From an uncultured Ruminococcus sp. (GTDB taxonomy: Bacteria; Bacillota; Clostridia; Oscillospirales; CAG-272): a stretch of 64,000 nt of DNA. This document shows, one piece after another, positions 8,896 to 18,042 of the stretch. How positions within the stretch are numbered: position 1 is the first letter of the stretch; every line of letters starts with the position of its first letter. The notes below the pieces were generated by a model, which was not told the origin of the DNA, did no database searches, and saw only the letters and a list, made by a program, of their open reading frames with translations. The stretch lies in NCBI GenBank assembly GCA_964621165.1, contig CAZULC010000001.1:109648-173647 (forward strand), read 5' to 3'. Made by a program: the position numbers and the translations under genes.

Positions 8896-9597
8896 CTACT
8901 CCGCCAAAAGAATGAAAACTTCCCCTTCCTTAAGGGTAGTCGGCATAACTGTGCCATAGGAAATGTTTCTCACCGCAGAAGCACCGGTTTCCTCAGCCGC
9001 CGCCGTCAGCTTTCCCGTCATGATCCCGCCGCTCCTCTTCAGATAAGCAGAAGCTGCAGAACCGCCGAGCATGTTCGCATTCTGAGCCAGTGCAACGGAG
9101 GACAGAGCGTCAATCGTACTCGTCACAATTCCGCATTTGCCGCCGTCAGTGCGCGTGTCCGAAATCATGGCAGACGTAACCGAATCAGACCCGGTGGGTA
9201 CACTCACCTCAGCCAGTACCAGATCCTTTATGCTGTCGCTTGTCACCGGTGAGTCCGTCGTCGCACATAAAGTGAATTCCCCCGCCGGAACGTTCAGCCG
9301 GAGAATGACATTGTACTCCCCGCCCGGACTCAGGGTCAGAGTCAGATCCTCCTTCTGCCACGCCATGTATCCGCGTACCCACGCAACACCCGCCTGTGCC
9401 TTTATTTTCATCCCGCCGCCGGGAATAATTTTGAAACTGTCCTCACCAAAAATCCCGTCGGAGTAAAAGCATGAAATCAGCTTCGCGAAAAACGCGGAAT
9501 CCACAGCCTTGTTCCCACGCGGAAATCCGCCTACAGTCTCCTCAACTGTAGTGGAATCAAATAACCCTCCGTATACCGGAGTTGAAATTGTTGCCAT
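8896..9597 (-). CDS. Phage tail fibre / receptor-binding-like structural protein
   Basis: 233 aa, MATISTPVYGGLFDSTTVEETVGGFPRGNKAVDSAFFAKL.., positioned after the tail-tip gene. GAAAGAAAGGA RBS. Confidence 0.45.
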   Translation of the reverse strand: MATISTPVYGGLFDSTTVEETVGGFPRGNKAVDSAFFAKLISCFYSDGIFGEDSFKIIPGGGMKIKAQAGVAWVRGYMAWQKEDLTLTLSPGGEYNVILRLNVPAGEFTLCATTDSPVTSDSIKDLVLAEVSVPTGSDSVTSAMISDTRTDGGKCGIVTSTIDALSSVALAQNANMLGGSAASAYLKRSGGIMTGKLTAAAEETGASAVRNISYGTVMPTTLKEGEVFILLAE

Positions 9598-9633
9598 ATG
9601 TTAATCATCCTTTCTTTCACCATAACCGCCATC

Positions 9634-10725
9634 TCACCCGATCGTCTCACGGATAACGTCGGCAAGCTTCACCGTCTCGCCAAAGCAGGGGAGAATCCTG
9701 ACTCCGCCGTACTCGCATACCACGTCAACCCCGGTGAGCCTCATGCCGGCCTGAAGCCCCGTCTCAACGTCACATACGTCGCACACGTCCCCGAGGAAAT
9801 AGTCCCGCCCGTACTCCGGAACAAGGGAACTGCCGCATTCCGCCGAAACATACACCGACGCCGGATATTTCGCGAGAAGCTCTTCCCCTCTCTGACGAAG
9901 CGCTGCCGCGTATTCATCCGTATCCCCATAATCCGCCGGACGCACATCCGAGGCCTTCTTGTAAATCTCAGCCCTCCTTGAATAGCCCGCGTCCCCTGAA
10001 CCTTCCATCGGTTCAACCTCAACCACAGTCCCGTCCGAGCCTTCGATGTACGCGTGATTCTTCATCTTCGCCGAGTTCTTCTCGTAACTCAGGGAAAATA
10101 TGTTCCCAAAGGAAGAGGAAAACACCGCCCTCTCAGCACCGGACTCAGCCGAAGCAGCAGCCCCGTCGGATGAACGGTCGGCGCCCCGCACGATCCTCAT
10201 CACTGGCCGGTTCGTTTTGTAGTCAAGCTCCACCACATAGGATGCACCAAAGGGCTTGAGTACGTTGTAGAGCCAGTCCGATAACTTGTCGTAGTTCCAC
10301 GTGAGACTGACCCCGCCGGACAGTGGAATCCTCGCGCTCCCTTCACGGTCAACCTCAACCCCAAGTGAGCGCAGGTTCTCCTCAGCCTTGTCAAGCACAG
10401 CGGAAGACAGTTCCCCCTGAGCCGAAATCCCGCCCTTGCCAAGAACCAGCCTGTCGCCGAGAACCCCCTCAAGCAGCTCGCCTCCTGCCTCAAGATCCCC
10501 GCTGATGCCGCACCGCATGTATAAAATCCGCCCGCACAGGCATTTCCCCCGCTCGTAACCGCTTCTCACATAAACCGCACGGGTCAGCTCAGCCCACCTG
10601 TACCGGGGCAGATGAAGAACAAAGCTCCCCGCCTCGTAGTACCTCTCGGAAAACACAGCCGAGGTAAAGTCCTCAACCGGCCCCGTAATCAAATCAAACT
10701 TCCCGTCAAGAAAATATAACTCCAT
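9634..10725 (-). CDS. Phage minor tail protein (ReqiPepy6 Gp37-like, tail-tip position)
   Basis: 363 aa, MELYFLDGKFDLITGPVEDFTSAVFSERYYEAGSFVLHLP.., immediately downstream of the Dit-position gene. Confidence 0.55.
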   Translation of the reverse strand: MELYFLDGKFDLITGPVEDFTSAVFSERYYEAGSFVLHLPRYRWAELTRAVYVRSGYERGKCLCGRILYMRCGISGDLEAGGELLEGVLGDRLVLGKGGISAQGELSSAVLDKAEENLRSLGVEVDREGSARIPLSGGVSLTWNYDKLSDWLYNVLKPFGASYVVELDYKTNRPVMRIVRGADRSSDGAAASAESGAERAVFSSSFGNIFSLSYEKNSAKMKNHAYIEGSDGTVVEVEPMEGSGDAGYSRRAEIYKKASDVRPADYGDTDEYAAALRQRGEELLAKYPASVYVSAECGSSLVPEYGRDYFLGDVCDVCDVETGLQAGMRLTGVDVVCEYGGVRILPCFGETVKLADVIRETIG

Positions 10726-10760
10726 AAATCAAACTTCCCCAAAAATAAAGTCCGGACGGG

Positions 10761-11624
10761 TCAGATTCCGTAGTAAATCGGCGAAAACTCAAGCTGAGCG
10801 TCAATGTACTCCCCGCCACAGTCGCATAAAACGGCAACCTCACTCACACCAGCCGGAAGGGAAAAGAACTCGCTTCCCCGGTCAAAGGAAAAATACCTCT
10901 CCCCGTCAACCAAAACCGACTTGCGCCGCTCACGTGTGTCAATCACCAGCTCATGGCCGTCTCCAAGGGTCAGTGGACACCGCACATACTTCTCTCCCAG
11001 ACGTATTCCCGGGTTCACGACCTCCCCGCCTGACGCCCTGATTCTCGCCACAATGCCGCACTCACCGTCGCCGGAGTTTGAAACCCTCGCCCGGTCCGTA
11101 GTCCTGTACATTCCGCCAACCGTACCCGCATCCGCCATGAGATTCAGGGGAAACGTCAGAATCGGAGCCGCGTCACGGAACTGCACCTTGATTCCCTCGG
11201 CTTCCTCAAAGTAAACGGAGGGAGAAATAAAGCTCACCTCAGCCTCGATGACTCCGCCAAGGGACGACTCACGCCTGAATTCAGCTTCTCCAGCCGGAAG
11301 AGCCGAAATCCTCCTTGCCTTGCCGTACATCATAACGTCAATCATAACCTCGCAGGATGGGTTCAGCATGGAGACCAGCTTCCGCCGAATCAGATCCGCG
11401 GCCTCTCCCATTCCGTCAAGCTCAAAGACAAGGGTCATTTCCCGCTCGGCAAAACGCCGCCTGACAGCATAACCGCCGACCCCTGAGGCATAGGAGCTGA
11501 CAAGAACGTCAAATCCGGTGCAGTCAAACCCCGCCATGCCGTCCTCAACCAAATGCCCCTCCCCGTCCGGAGAAATAATAAACTCATCCCCGCCGGACGA
11601 CAGAACTATTTTGTAATCCACCAT
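10761..11624 (-). CDS. Siphovirus distal tail protein (Dit-position)
   Basis: Directly after the TMP. Start moved to the ATG at 11624 (MVDYKIV..) behind GGGAGGA. Confidence 0.55.
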   Translation of the reverse strand: MVDYKIVLSSGGDEFIISPDGEGHLVEDGMAGFDCTGFDVLVSSYASGVGGYAVRRRFAEREMTLVFELDGMGEAADLIRRKLVSMLNPSCEVMIDVMMYGKARRISALPAGEAEFRRESSLGGVIEAEVSFISPSVYFEEAEGIKVQFRDAAPILTFPLNLMADAGTVGGMYRTTDRARVSNSGDGECGIVARIRASGGEVVNPGIRLGEKYVRCPLTLGDGHELVIDTRERRKSVLVDGERYFSFDRGSEFFSLPAGVSEVAVLCDCGGEYIDAQLEFSPIYYGI

Positions 11625-11764
11625 AAAATCCTCCCATAAACCCAAATTTCACCCATCCCACCCCAGATTCCCCCGCTAAATCAGCCGAGCCAACAACCCC
11701 ACCAACCACTGTAAACTCAAGCTCACCTGAACCACCCCATGCCCCACTCAGCCGCCGTCACAGC

Positions 11765-12634
11765 TTATCGCCGGAACAAATCCTCGCTTTCACGCCTGAT
11801 TTTTCTCGCGGTCTCGTATGGGGAACTGTCGCTGTCACGGAGATATATGTTCTGTACATAACTCTTTCCGCCAGCATCGAACGAAATGCCGGACCTGACG
11901 CTTCCTGTGCCGTATTCCCCCGCCGCACGCGCCTGACCCGCACCAAGGGACAACGGAGAGCCTGCGCCCGACGATGAAGCCAAGGACTCAAAAATACCGC
12001 CGGAAAGCGTGGATACAGCCTCGCCCACATATGACCCGCCGCTCAGAATGCCGTCAGCAATGCCCCGGGATATCATAACGCCGACCTCGTCACGCATGAG
12101 AGCCGACGGTGATTGAATTCTGAAAAACGACTTCACGGCAGCCTCAGCTTCCGAGGACACCTGTCGAATTGCCGCCACAATCTCAGCTCCGGCCGCGTAA
12201 ATTCCCGAGGCAATTCCAGACATCATGTTTGAGCCGATTGAAGACCAGCTTCCGCCGGAAAAAGCTGAGCCCGCATTTTGAGCAGTGCTTCCCGCCGCAC
12301 TCACTACCCCCGAACCGCCTGAGGTGAAGCCGGAAAGAAGACTGCCCGCTGCCGCCTGACCACCGGCAAACCATCCGGCCGACGTAAAGCCTGACACCGC
12401 AGAGTTCGCAAGCTCCGTCATGGCCGCACCCACGCTCTCAGAAGAAGCGCTGATGGCACCCGATATCTCGTTAAGCATTGCGGTAATGGTGTTACCAACC
12501 CCGCTGTCCCCCGTAAAGGCCAAAGTCTCATTCAAACGGGTCCCAAGGGCCACAAGCTCGCTCTCCACCATAGCCGCCGAAGCCGCAATTGAAGAAGTAT
12601 CAAGACTGACCCCGATTACAACCGAACCATCCAT
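11765..12634 (-). CDS. Tape measure protein, unusually short (289 aa)
   Basis: Ala/Gly/Ser-rich. Has the FRIQSPSALMRDEVGVMISRGIADGI motif typical of TMPs. Lies after the two chaperone-position genes. Confidence 0.6.
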   Translation of the reverse strand: MDGSVVIGVSLDTSSIAASAAMVESELVALGTRLNETLAFTGDSGVGNTITAMLNEISGAISASSESVGAAMTELANSAVSGFTSAGWFAGGQAAAGSLLSGFTSGGSGVVSAAGSTAQNAGSAFSGGSWSSIGSNMMSGIASGIYAAGAEIVAAIRQVSSEAEAAVKSFFRIQSPSALMRDEVGVMISRGIADGILSGGSYVGEAVSTLSGGIFESLASSSGAGSPLSLGAGQARAAGEYGTGSVRSGISFDAGGKSYVQNIYLRDSDSSPYETARKIRRESEDLFRR

Positions 12635-12691
12635 AAATAAACCTCCATTTTCTGTCTCCCACCCCGCCCAATCAAACCCACGAACCGCAGC

Positions 12692-13282
12692 TCACTCCCT
12701 GATCCTCACCGCCGCTTTGGCACGGCGAACCCTGCGCCGCAGCTCATCATCACGTATCCCGCCAAGGTCAGCCCGACGCAGACTCACAACCCGCATGAGA
12801 ACCGTGGACTCGGGCAGAGCAGAAAGAAGCGCACAGAATTTCCACCAATGCAGTGAAGCCGCGTCCAAGTCAATGCCGTAGGCCTCGTAAAACGAAGCGA
12901 AAATCAGCTCGCTGTCGTAAGCAAAGTCAAACTCACGCTCCTTCAGCCTGCCCAGTGACGCGGAACTCTTGTCCTTCCCCGACTCAGACCCGCCGGAACG
13001 CCTCTTCACCTTCCCGCAGGAGAGGAACCATACCGCTTCCCCCAAAAACTCATCGTAAAACCCAGCCCCAAGCCGCCTTTTGGCCTCAAGCAGAGCCGCA
13101 TTGTCCTTTACCGTAAGCCCGATTATCACCTCAGCCTTGCAGATTGGGGAAATCTCCTCCTCGAGAGCCTGCAGGACCATAATCCACCGCCGAAAGTCCG
13201 GCTCCACCGCAGTCTCAACCCCGCCAAGCACCAGACGGTCCGGAAGAGAGTCGCATATAAACGGTATCTTTCCCCGCCTCAT
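12692..13282 (-). CDS. Phage Gp15-family protein (tail assembly chaperone position)
   Basis: 196 aa, MRRGKIPFICDSLPDRLVLGG..DFRRW... ATGA start/stop overlap with the upstream gene at 13282. Confidence 0.55.
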   Translation of the reverse strand: MRRGKIPFICDSLPDRLVLGGVETAVEPDFRRWIMVLQALEEEISPICKAEVIIGLTVKDNAALLEAKRRLGAGFYDEFLGEAVWFLSCGKVKRRSGGSESGKDKSSASLGRLKEREFDFAYDSELIFASFYEAYGIDLDAASLHWWKFCALLSALPESTVLMRVVSLRRADLGGIRDDELRRRVRRAKAAVRIRE

Positions 13283-13689
13283 CAGCCGTTTGCCACGGAG
13301 TCACCGGACGTGCCGGGGATACCGATGCGGGAGCAGAACTCAGCCTTGACCCTGTCGCCGGCCGCCTTCATTTTGTTTATCTCGTCGGTTATGTAGCCAA
13401 AAAATGAAGCCAATGCCGAGGTGTAGTCGAGAATGTTTCCACCGCCTCCGCAGATGTCCATGGCCGCCTCAACTCCGAACACTGACGCGAAGAAGTCCTC
13501 GATTATCTCGCAGTTGCGCCTGAGACGACTGGCAACCTCGGCCTTGCCAACGTCCCCTCCGGCCTTCTCCTCAAGCTCACCAAGTCCGGCGAGTAATACG
13601 TCAAGAGAGTCCGCAAGGGATGAGTACCTGTCGTAGTCGAGTATGTCGCACTCGTAACCGCGTCCGCCGTAATTCCAAATGTGTTCCAT
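13282..13689 (-). CDS. Tail assembly chaperone-position protein
   Basis: 135 aa, acidic, between the major tail gene and the Gp15-like gene. GAAAGG RBS. Confidence 0.4.
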   Translation of the reverse strand: MEHIWNYGGRGYECDILDYDRYSSLADSLDVLLAGLGELEEKAGGDVGKAEVASRLRRNCEIIEDFFASVFGVEAAMDICGGGGNILDYTSALASFFGYITDEINKMKAAGDRVKAEFCSRIGIPGTSGDSVANG

Positions 13690-13837
13690 AAAAACCGCCT
13701 TTCAGCTCCCACCCGGAGCAAAATAAAATGATTGTAAATGATTAAATATAATTAATTAACGACCAGCAAAACAAAAGTCTTACTAACCCCTCAATTCAAA
13801 CAAAACAATACCCACTGCAATATATCCAATAAATAGA

Positions 13838-13885
13838 TTAGTTTGAAGTTTTTGCCAAGCTTCTTCCAAGAAGCGTCCCGCATCC
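13838..13885 (+). repeat. Family-2 (F2) repeat, solo 3' module M5 (copy J) inside the phage module
   Basis: AGTTTGAAGTTTTTGCCAAGCTTCTTCCAAGAAGCGTCCCGCATCCCC aligns with the M5 consensus TTTTAAAGTTCTTGCACAGCTTCTTTCAAGAAGCGCG. Confidence 0.6.
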
Positions 13886-13909
13886 CCCGTACCCTCGTCC
13901 CCGTCTCCC

Positions 13910-14392
13910 CTACTTCTCGGGGGTGAAGACTGAGGTGGACTTTACGAACGTGCCGGGGATTACGTCGCTCACGGACTTCATGGAACCGGTGTAACAGAGC
14001 GCGTCACTGCCTTCGCCGCATTCGTCCGGTATGACCGAATATTCACGCTTTACCGCATGATATACACCGGACGTGTCCGTTTCGTCAAATAAGTCCACCG
14101 TGATTATCTCAACCCGGGCGCCTGACCCCGTCAGCTCACGGTCAGTTATATTCCGTATTTTGTCGATTACAGGATTGCCGGAGTAAACCTCAAACTCGTA
14201 GTCAATCACCGGCGCGTATCCCGTTACGTCAGTGCGCTTCGTCACCTCGTGTATGTACCGACGCTGATAACTGACCGCGTTTTTCGACTCCGTAAAGTCC
14301 GTGAACCCTTCCCCAATCAATGCCCAGACCGGTGACTCCATCGTTCCTACATTCATGTAATGCTGCCTGTCCGCACGCTTAACTATTGCCAT
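13910..14392 (-). CDS. Major tail protein
   Basis: 160 aa, MAIVKRADRQHYMNVGTMESPVWALIGEGFTDFTESKN.., upstream of the chaperones and TMP. GAAAGAGAGG RBS. Confidence 0.6.
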   Translation of the reverse strand: MAIVKRADRQHYMNVGTMESPVWALIGEGFTDFTESKNAVSYQRRYIHEVTKRTDVTGYAPVIDYEFEVYSGNPVIDKIRNITDRELTGSGARVEIITVDLFDETDTSGVYHAVKREYSVIPDECGEGSDALCYTGSMKSVSDVIPGTFVKSTSVFTPEK

Positions 14393-14466
14393 ATCTGTTT
14401 TCTGCCTCTCTTTCTATCTTTCTATCTTTTCTGTTTCATTGTAATCAATCCACCCCTTCGCAGGGC

Positions 14467-14850
14467 TTATCTCACGCGCATGCGCATCATGTACGACGCA
14501 CGGTATTCCTCCTCGCCGCTTTCGTATATCGCTGACTTCACCGCTCCTGATATAACGCGGAACTCGTAATCCCCGCCCGCATAATCACGCATAGCCAAAG
14601 CCGCACGACGGAAATATTCCCCCGCTCTCAGCCTGTCAGCAACCGCACGCCCCGGTACACGCACACGTATCTCAAACGGCACGTCAATAACACCAGTCCC
14701 GTCCACATATTCCTTCACCTGATTGAACGCTCCCGATATCCAGAGCGAACCAACCCCATCCCGCCAGCTCTCCGGTATAACCTCAACCCCTATCCCGTTG
14801 AGTATCCCTGAAATAACCTCGGCAAAATTTACTTCACATCCGTAAATCAT
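14467..14850 (-). CDS. Head-tail joining / minor-capsid-family protein
   Basis: 127 aa, between the connector genes and the major tail gene. Confidence 0.4.
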   Translation of the reverse strand: MIYGCEVNFAEVISGILNGIGVEVIPESWRDGVGSLWISGAFNQVKEYVDGTGVIDVPFEIRVRVPGRAVADRLRAGEYFRRAALAMRDYAGGDYEFRVISGAVKSAIYESGEEEYRASYMMRMRVR

Positions 14851-14869
14851 ATTAACTCTACTCTCACCC

Positions 14870-15203
14870 TCACTTCAGCATGGCGCCGATAACCGCCTCA
14901 GTCCACTGACCCATGCACTCGTCCTTCGCGGCTTCAAACCACCTCGCACATGCCCGGGGATGTACCTTTTTGTTGAAAGTACGGCTCGCATAATAACAGT
15001 CGTGTGCATAATCCGCCGCCCATATAACACGCCCGTCCCCTGCCGCACGACCGGATTTGCATAATCTTTCCGGTCCTGTATGGCACAAACGGCTCGCATG
15101 ATGACAATACCGCCTCCTCCAGTACCCGCGACGCGTCCCTCTGACGACTGCTTAACTTCTCAGCTAACCCGCCTGCGTCAACTTTAACATTGAATTTAAC
15201 CAA
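14870..15203 (-). pseudogene. Minor-capsid/head-tail connector gene split by a 1-nt frameshift
   Basis: Frame a: MVKFNVKVDAGG..EPFVPYRTGK. Frame b continues: LCKSGRAAGDGRVIWAADYAHDCYYASRTFNKKVHPRACARWFEAAKDE... The junction is in ACCGGAAAGATTATG (plus-strand coordinates ~15061-15074). Confidence 0.6.
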
Positions 15204-15249
15204 TCAACCACTTCCTTAACCAAAACAAAACCAAATCCCTTAACCATTC

Positions 15250-15600
15250 TCACTTGAGAACCAAACGCACATGGGATAATTCTCCCGCATCTTTGTAGTA
15301 TGACGCCTCGGCTACCCGGTACTCATGCCCGCCAATCACACATAAGTCTCCCTTGGCCGCATCGGGAAATTCCGCCTCAATGTAACCGCCGCCGGATACG
15401 CACTCCTCACATATGCTCATGGAGCAGAAGAAATATACCTTGATTCCTCCGACCTCACGCCAGTCCTCCTCGAGTATCCGCCGCCCGCCAATGAATACCC
15501 CCGATAAACGGTAGTCACGGTAAAGCGCACTCCATCCCTCGCCGTCTCCTATAAACCTGCGGTAAATAACCTCGGACTTCATAATCCCATCGTAACTCAA
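15250..15600 (-). CDS. Head-tail adaptor-position protein
   Basis: 116 aa with a TTG start in the ORF track. Called on position only. Confidence 0.35.
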   Translation of the reverse strand: MSYDGIMKSEVIYRRFIGDGEGWSALYRDYRLSGVFIGGRRILEEDWREVGGIKVYFFCSMSICEECVSGGGYIEAEFPDAAKGDLCVIGGHEYRVAEASYYKDAGELSHVRLVLK

Positions 15601-15665
15601 TAATCCACCCCCAGACTAACCCAAAACCCAAATTCCCGCCCTAAATCAACCTTCATTCAGGAACA

Positions 15666-15944
15666 TCAGACCCAGCGGCATAATAATCCCGCACTTCTCA
15701 AAACAGCCGCCGCGTCCGGTGAAATAACGCCGCCGCAGACCGATATCCCCTCGCTCACATCACGGTAAACCACACTCACATCCCCCGCCTGACGGGATTT
15801 CACGTCCCGTCCGCTTGATGAATAGGCCCGCTGTAGATCCACTGCATCGTTGAACGCCCGAATCTGTTCCTCATCCATGTCACACCCCCGAAACGGGTAA
15901 ATCAAAGATAGAAGCAATGCCTCCGCACTCCTGCCTTCATCCAT
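15666..15944 (-). CDS. Small head-tail connector-position protein
   Basis: 92 aa, GAGGTGA RBS, directly downstream of the capsid gene. Confidence 0.35.
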   Translation of the reverse strand: MDEGRSAEALLLSLIYPFRGCDMDEEQIRAFNDAVDLQRAYSSSGRDVKSRQAGDVSVVYRDVSEGISVCGGVISPDAAAVLRSAGLLCRWV

Positions 15945-16129
15945 AATATCACCTCGTCAAAACCAAATTTTACCAAAATTCAACCAAATCCAAACCAAAA
16001 TTAACCAAATTCCCGTCATGACTTCACCATAGCTCAACCAAAGCTTGACTAAACTCTGACCCGAGCCGTATCCCGCCCCTCTCCCGCCGAATTGTACCCC
16101 AGCCGTAAAGTCATGCCAGCTCAGCCAAA

Positions 16130-17221
16130 TCAGCCAAGATAACGGCAGGCCAGCTCGGGGTAAACCGTCTTGAAGGCGTAAAGTACATCCATGGAAAGTA
16201 TGTCGCGCTTGTACTTCATGTCGTACCCTCTCACAACCCGCAGGGAAATGCCGTTGTAGGTGGTAACATATGACTCAACACCGGCCGGAGCGGCAAGAGG
16301 TCGGGTGATAAAGGCAAACGCGTCCGGATGGAAAATCAGGTTCGCCGCATGGGACGGAAGCGCCGTAATCACACTGGATGATGTCAGATTGGGCTTGCCG
16401 CTCAGCTTCACCGTCATGTCCTCGCCGGATATCACAGCGTCCTCGAGCACCGCATATGAACCCGCACCCTCAACAGTAATAATGTCGCCCTTCTTCAGCC
16501 CTGAACCGGAATTTTTGAATACCGCAGTTCCCGTACCCGCGGAAGTTCCGACAAGAGTCAATGTGCCGCTTGAGCCGGAAACATGATCGCAGACCGCCTG
16601 GGACATGTAGTTGTCAATGCCGAAAATGCGCCCGATGGAACCGGTTCTCAACGCAGTGGTGGACCCGCACTTGTCTGCGTTCACTATGGCCGGAACCTGC
16701 TTCAGCTTCGCGGCAGCCATTGGATTCCAGACGGCGCAACGATATCCCGCAGGAACTTTCTGGTTGTCAAGCGCCAGAGCCGCCTCGGAAAGATCGTCAA
16801 GCCCGTCGGGAGTCACACCGGCCGTACCTGCGTATGTGGGAATGTCCTTGTATAGGGATAAACCCTCGCCGTTGATCTTTTCGGCTAAAGCGGCAGCCGC
16901 AGGCTCAATGAACATGCGCATGACCGAATCAAAGTCGCAGGCGGACTCAATGGCGCCAACCTGCATGTCAACAGTGGCAAGATGGTCAAGCTTCACGTCA
17001 ATGGTGTTGTTCTGTAAGGACTGAGCCTCAATGCCCACGGACTCGTCAAACTCCGACGCCATAAGCTTCACCGGACAACGAACGGAGACAACATCCCCCT
17101 GCTTGGCAGCAGAACCGGCGATGCTTTCCTTGTAGATAAGATTCGGGAAAACTAAATTGTCAATGAGACGGGGAAGAGCCTCACGGGCAATGCGCTTAAC
17201 AGAAATATCAAATTTTGCCAT
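16130..17221 (-). CDS. Major capsid protein (P22-coat-like family)
   Basis: 363 aa, MAKFDISVKRIAREALPRLIDNLVFPNLIYKE.., follows the scaffold gene. GAAAGGAAG RBS. Confidence 0.7.
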   Translation of the reverse strand: MAKFDISVKRIAREALPRLIDNLVFPNLIYKESIAGSAAKQGDVVSVRCPVKLMASEFDESVGIEAQSLQNNTIDVKLDHLATVDMQVGAIESACDFDSVMRMFIEPAAAALAEKINGEGLSLYKDIPTYAGTAGVTPDGLDDLSEAALALDNQKVPAGYRCAVWNPMAAAKLKQVPAIVNADKCGSTTALRTGSIGRIFGIDNYMSQAVCDHVSGSSGTLTLVGTSAGTGTAVFKNSGSGLKKGDIITVEGAGSYAVLEDAVISGEDMTVKLSGKPNLTSSSVITALPSHAANLIFHPDAFAFITRPLAAPAGVESYVTTYNGISLRVVRGYDMKYKRDILSMDVLYAFKTVYPELACRYLG

Positions 17222-17281
17222 AATTAAAACTTCCTTTCAAAAATAAATAAAATGTAGACAGATATCAACACTACTAAACTG

Positions 17282-17470
17282 AATGTTGTCAGCCCAAAAG
17301 TTATAATCAACCTTTTCCAAAAGTTTGTAGGGTTCAAAGGGACAAAGTCCCTTTGTCGACTTCCGCAGAAGTCTAAATGCCAAGACTCAATAAAGAGTTC
17401 CTCTTTTGGTTCTTTTCCTCCTCGATAAAGGAGAAAAGAACAACAAATCCCCACGCACTCCCTCCCCTTC
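17282..17470 (+). repeat. F1 repeat, copy 4 (full), between the scaffold and capsid genes
   Basis: All hairpin modules are present, plus the shared 3' tail AACAACAAATCCCCACGCACTCCCTCCCC. Confidence 0.9.
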
Positions 17471-17532
17471 ATAAACTTATCCCCCACCCCAACCACCCAG
17501 ATTCAATCATACCCCCACCTCCGTCACCTGCT

Positions 17533-18042
17533 TCATATCCGCTTGACTTTCCTGTAGTACTCACCGTCGTCCAGCGAGTCCGCGTCTGCTATACCATTGC
17601 CGTGATTTAGCCCGCTCGAAAATACTACTTCCTTCTCCTCAGCCCCACTGAATAAATATGGCGCTGACTTCTTTAACTCGGTAAACTGCTCAGCTAACCC
17701 ATAAACTCCGTCCTCGCTGACCGTTACCTTGCTCATGTCTATAACCTTCGATACAATCTCACGGCTCTTCGCACCTGATCTGTCAAGCTCCCGCTCAAGA
17801 GCAGCATTGCACCTGACCTCACGTAACTTCAGCTCGTACCTGCCTTCAACTTCGCCAACGTCGCCTACCCTGACACCCGCTTCGGCCGCTTTGATTAAAA
17901 ATTCGTCGTAGGTTATGCGCCCGTCACCAAAAATCCCGCCTATCACATCCGGCTCACTCGCGCCCTGTGACATACCAGCTTCAACAGTAACTCCACCCAT
18001 AGCTTCACCGATAGAACCAACATTGACTTCATCTTCATTCAT
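17533..18042 (-). CDS. Phage scaffolding protein
   Basis: 169 aa, acidic and helical-looking, between portal and capsid. GGAGGGG RBS. Confidence 0.55.
   Translation of the reverse strand: MNEDEVNVGSIGEAMGGVTVEAGMSQGASEPDVIGGIFGDGRITYDEFLIKAAEAGVRVGDVGEVEGRYELKLREVRCNAALERELDRSGAKSREIVSKVIDMSKVTVSEDGVYGLAEQFTELKKSAPYLFSGAEEKEVVFSSGLNHGNGIADADSLDDGEYYRKVKRI

Noticed and set aside
7673-9597. Diversity-generating retroelement acting on the tail-fibre genes
   Set aside because: No reverse transcriptase ORF is in the window, and I found no template/variable repeat pair near the 3' ends of the fibre genes.
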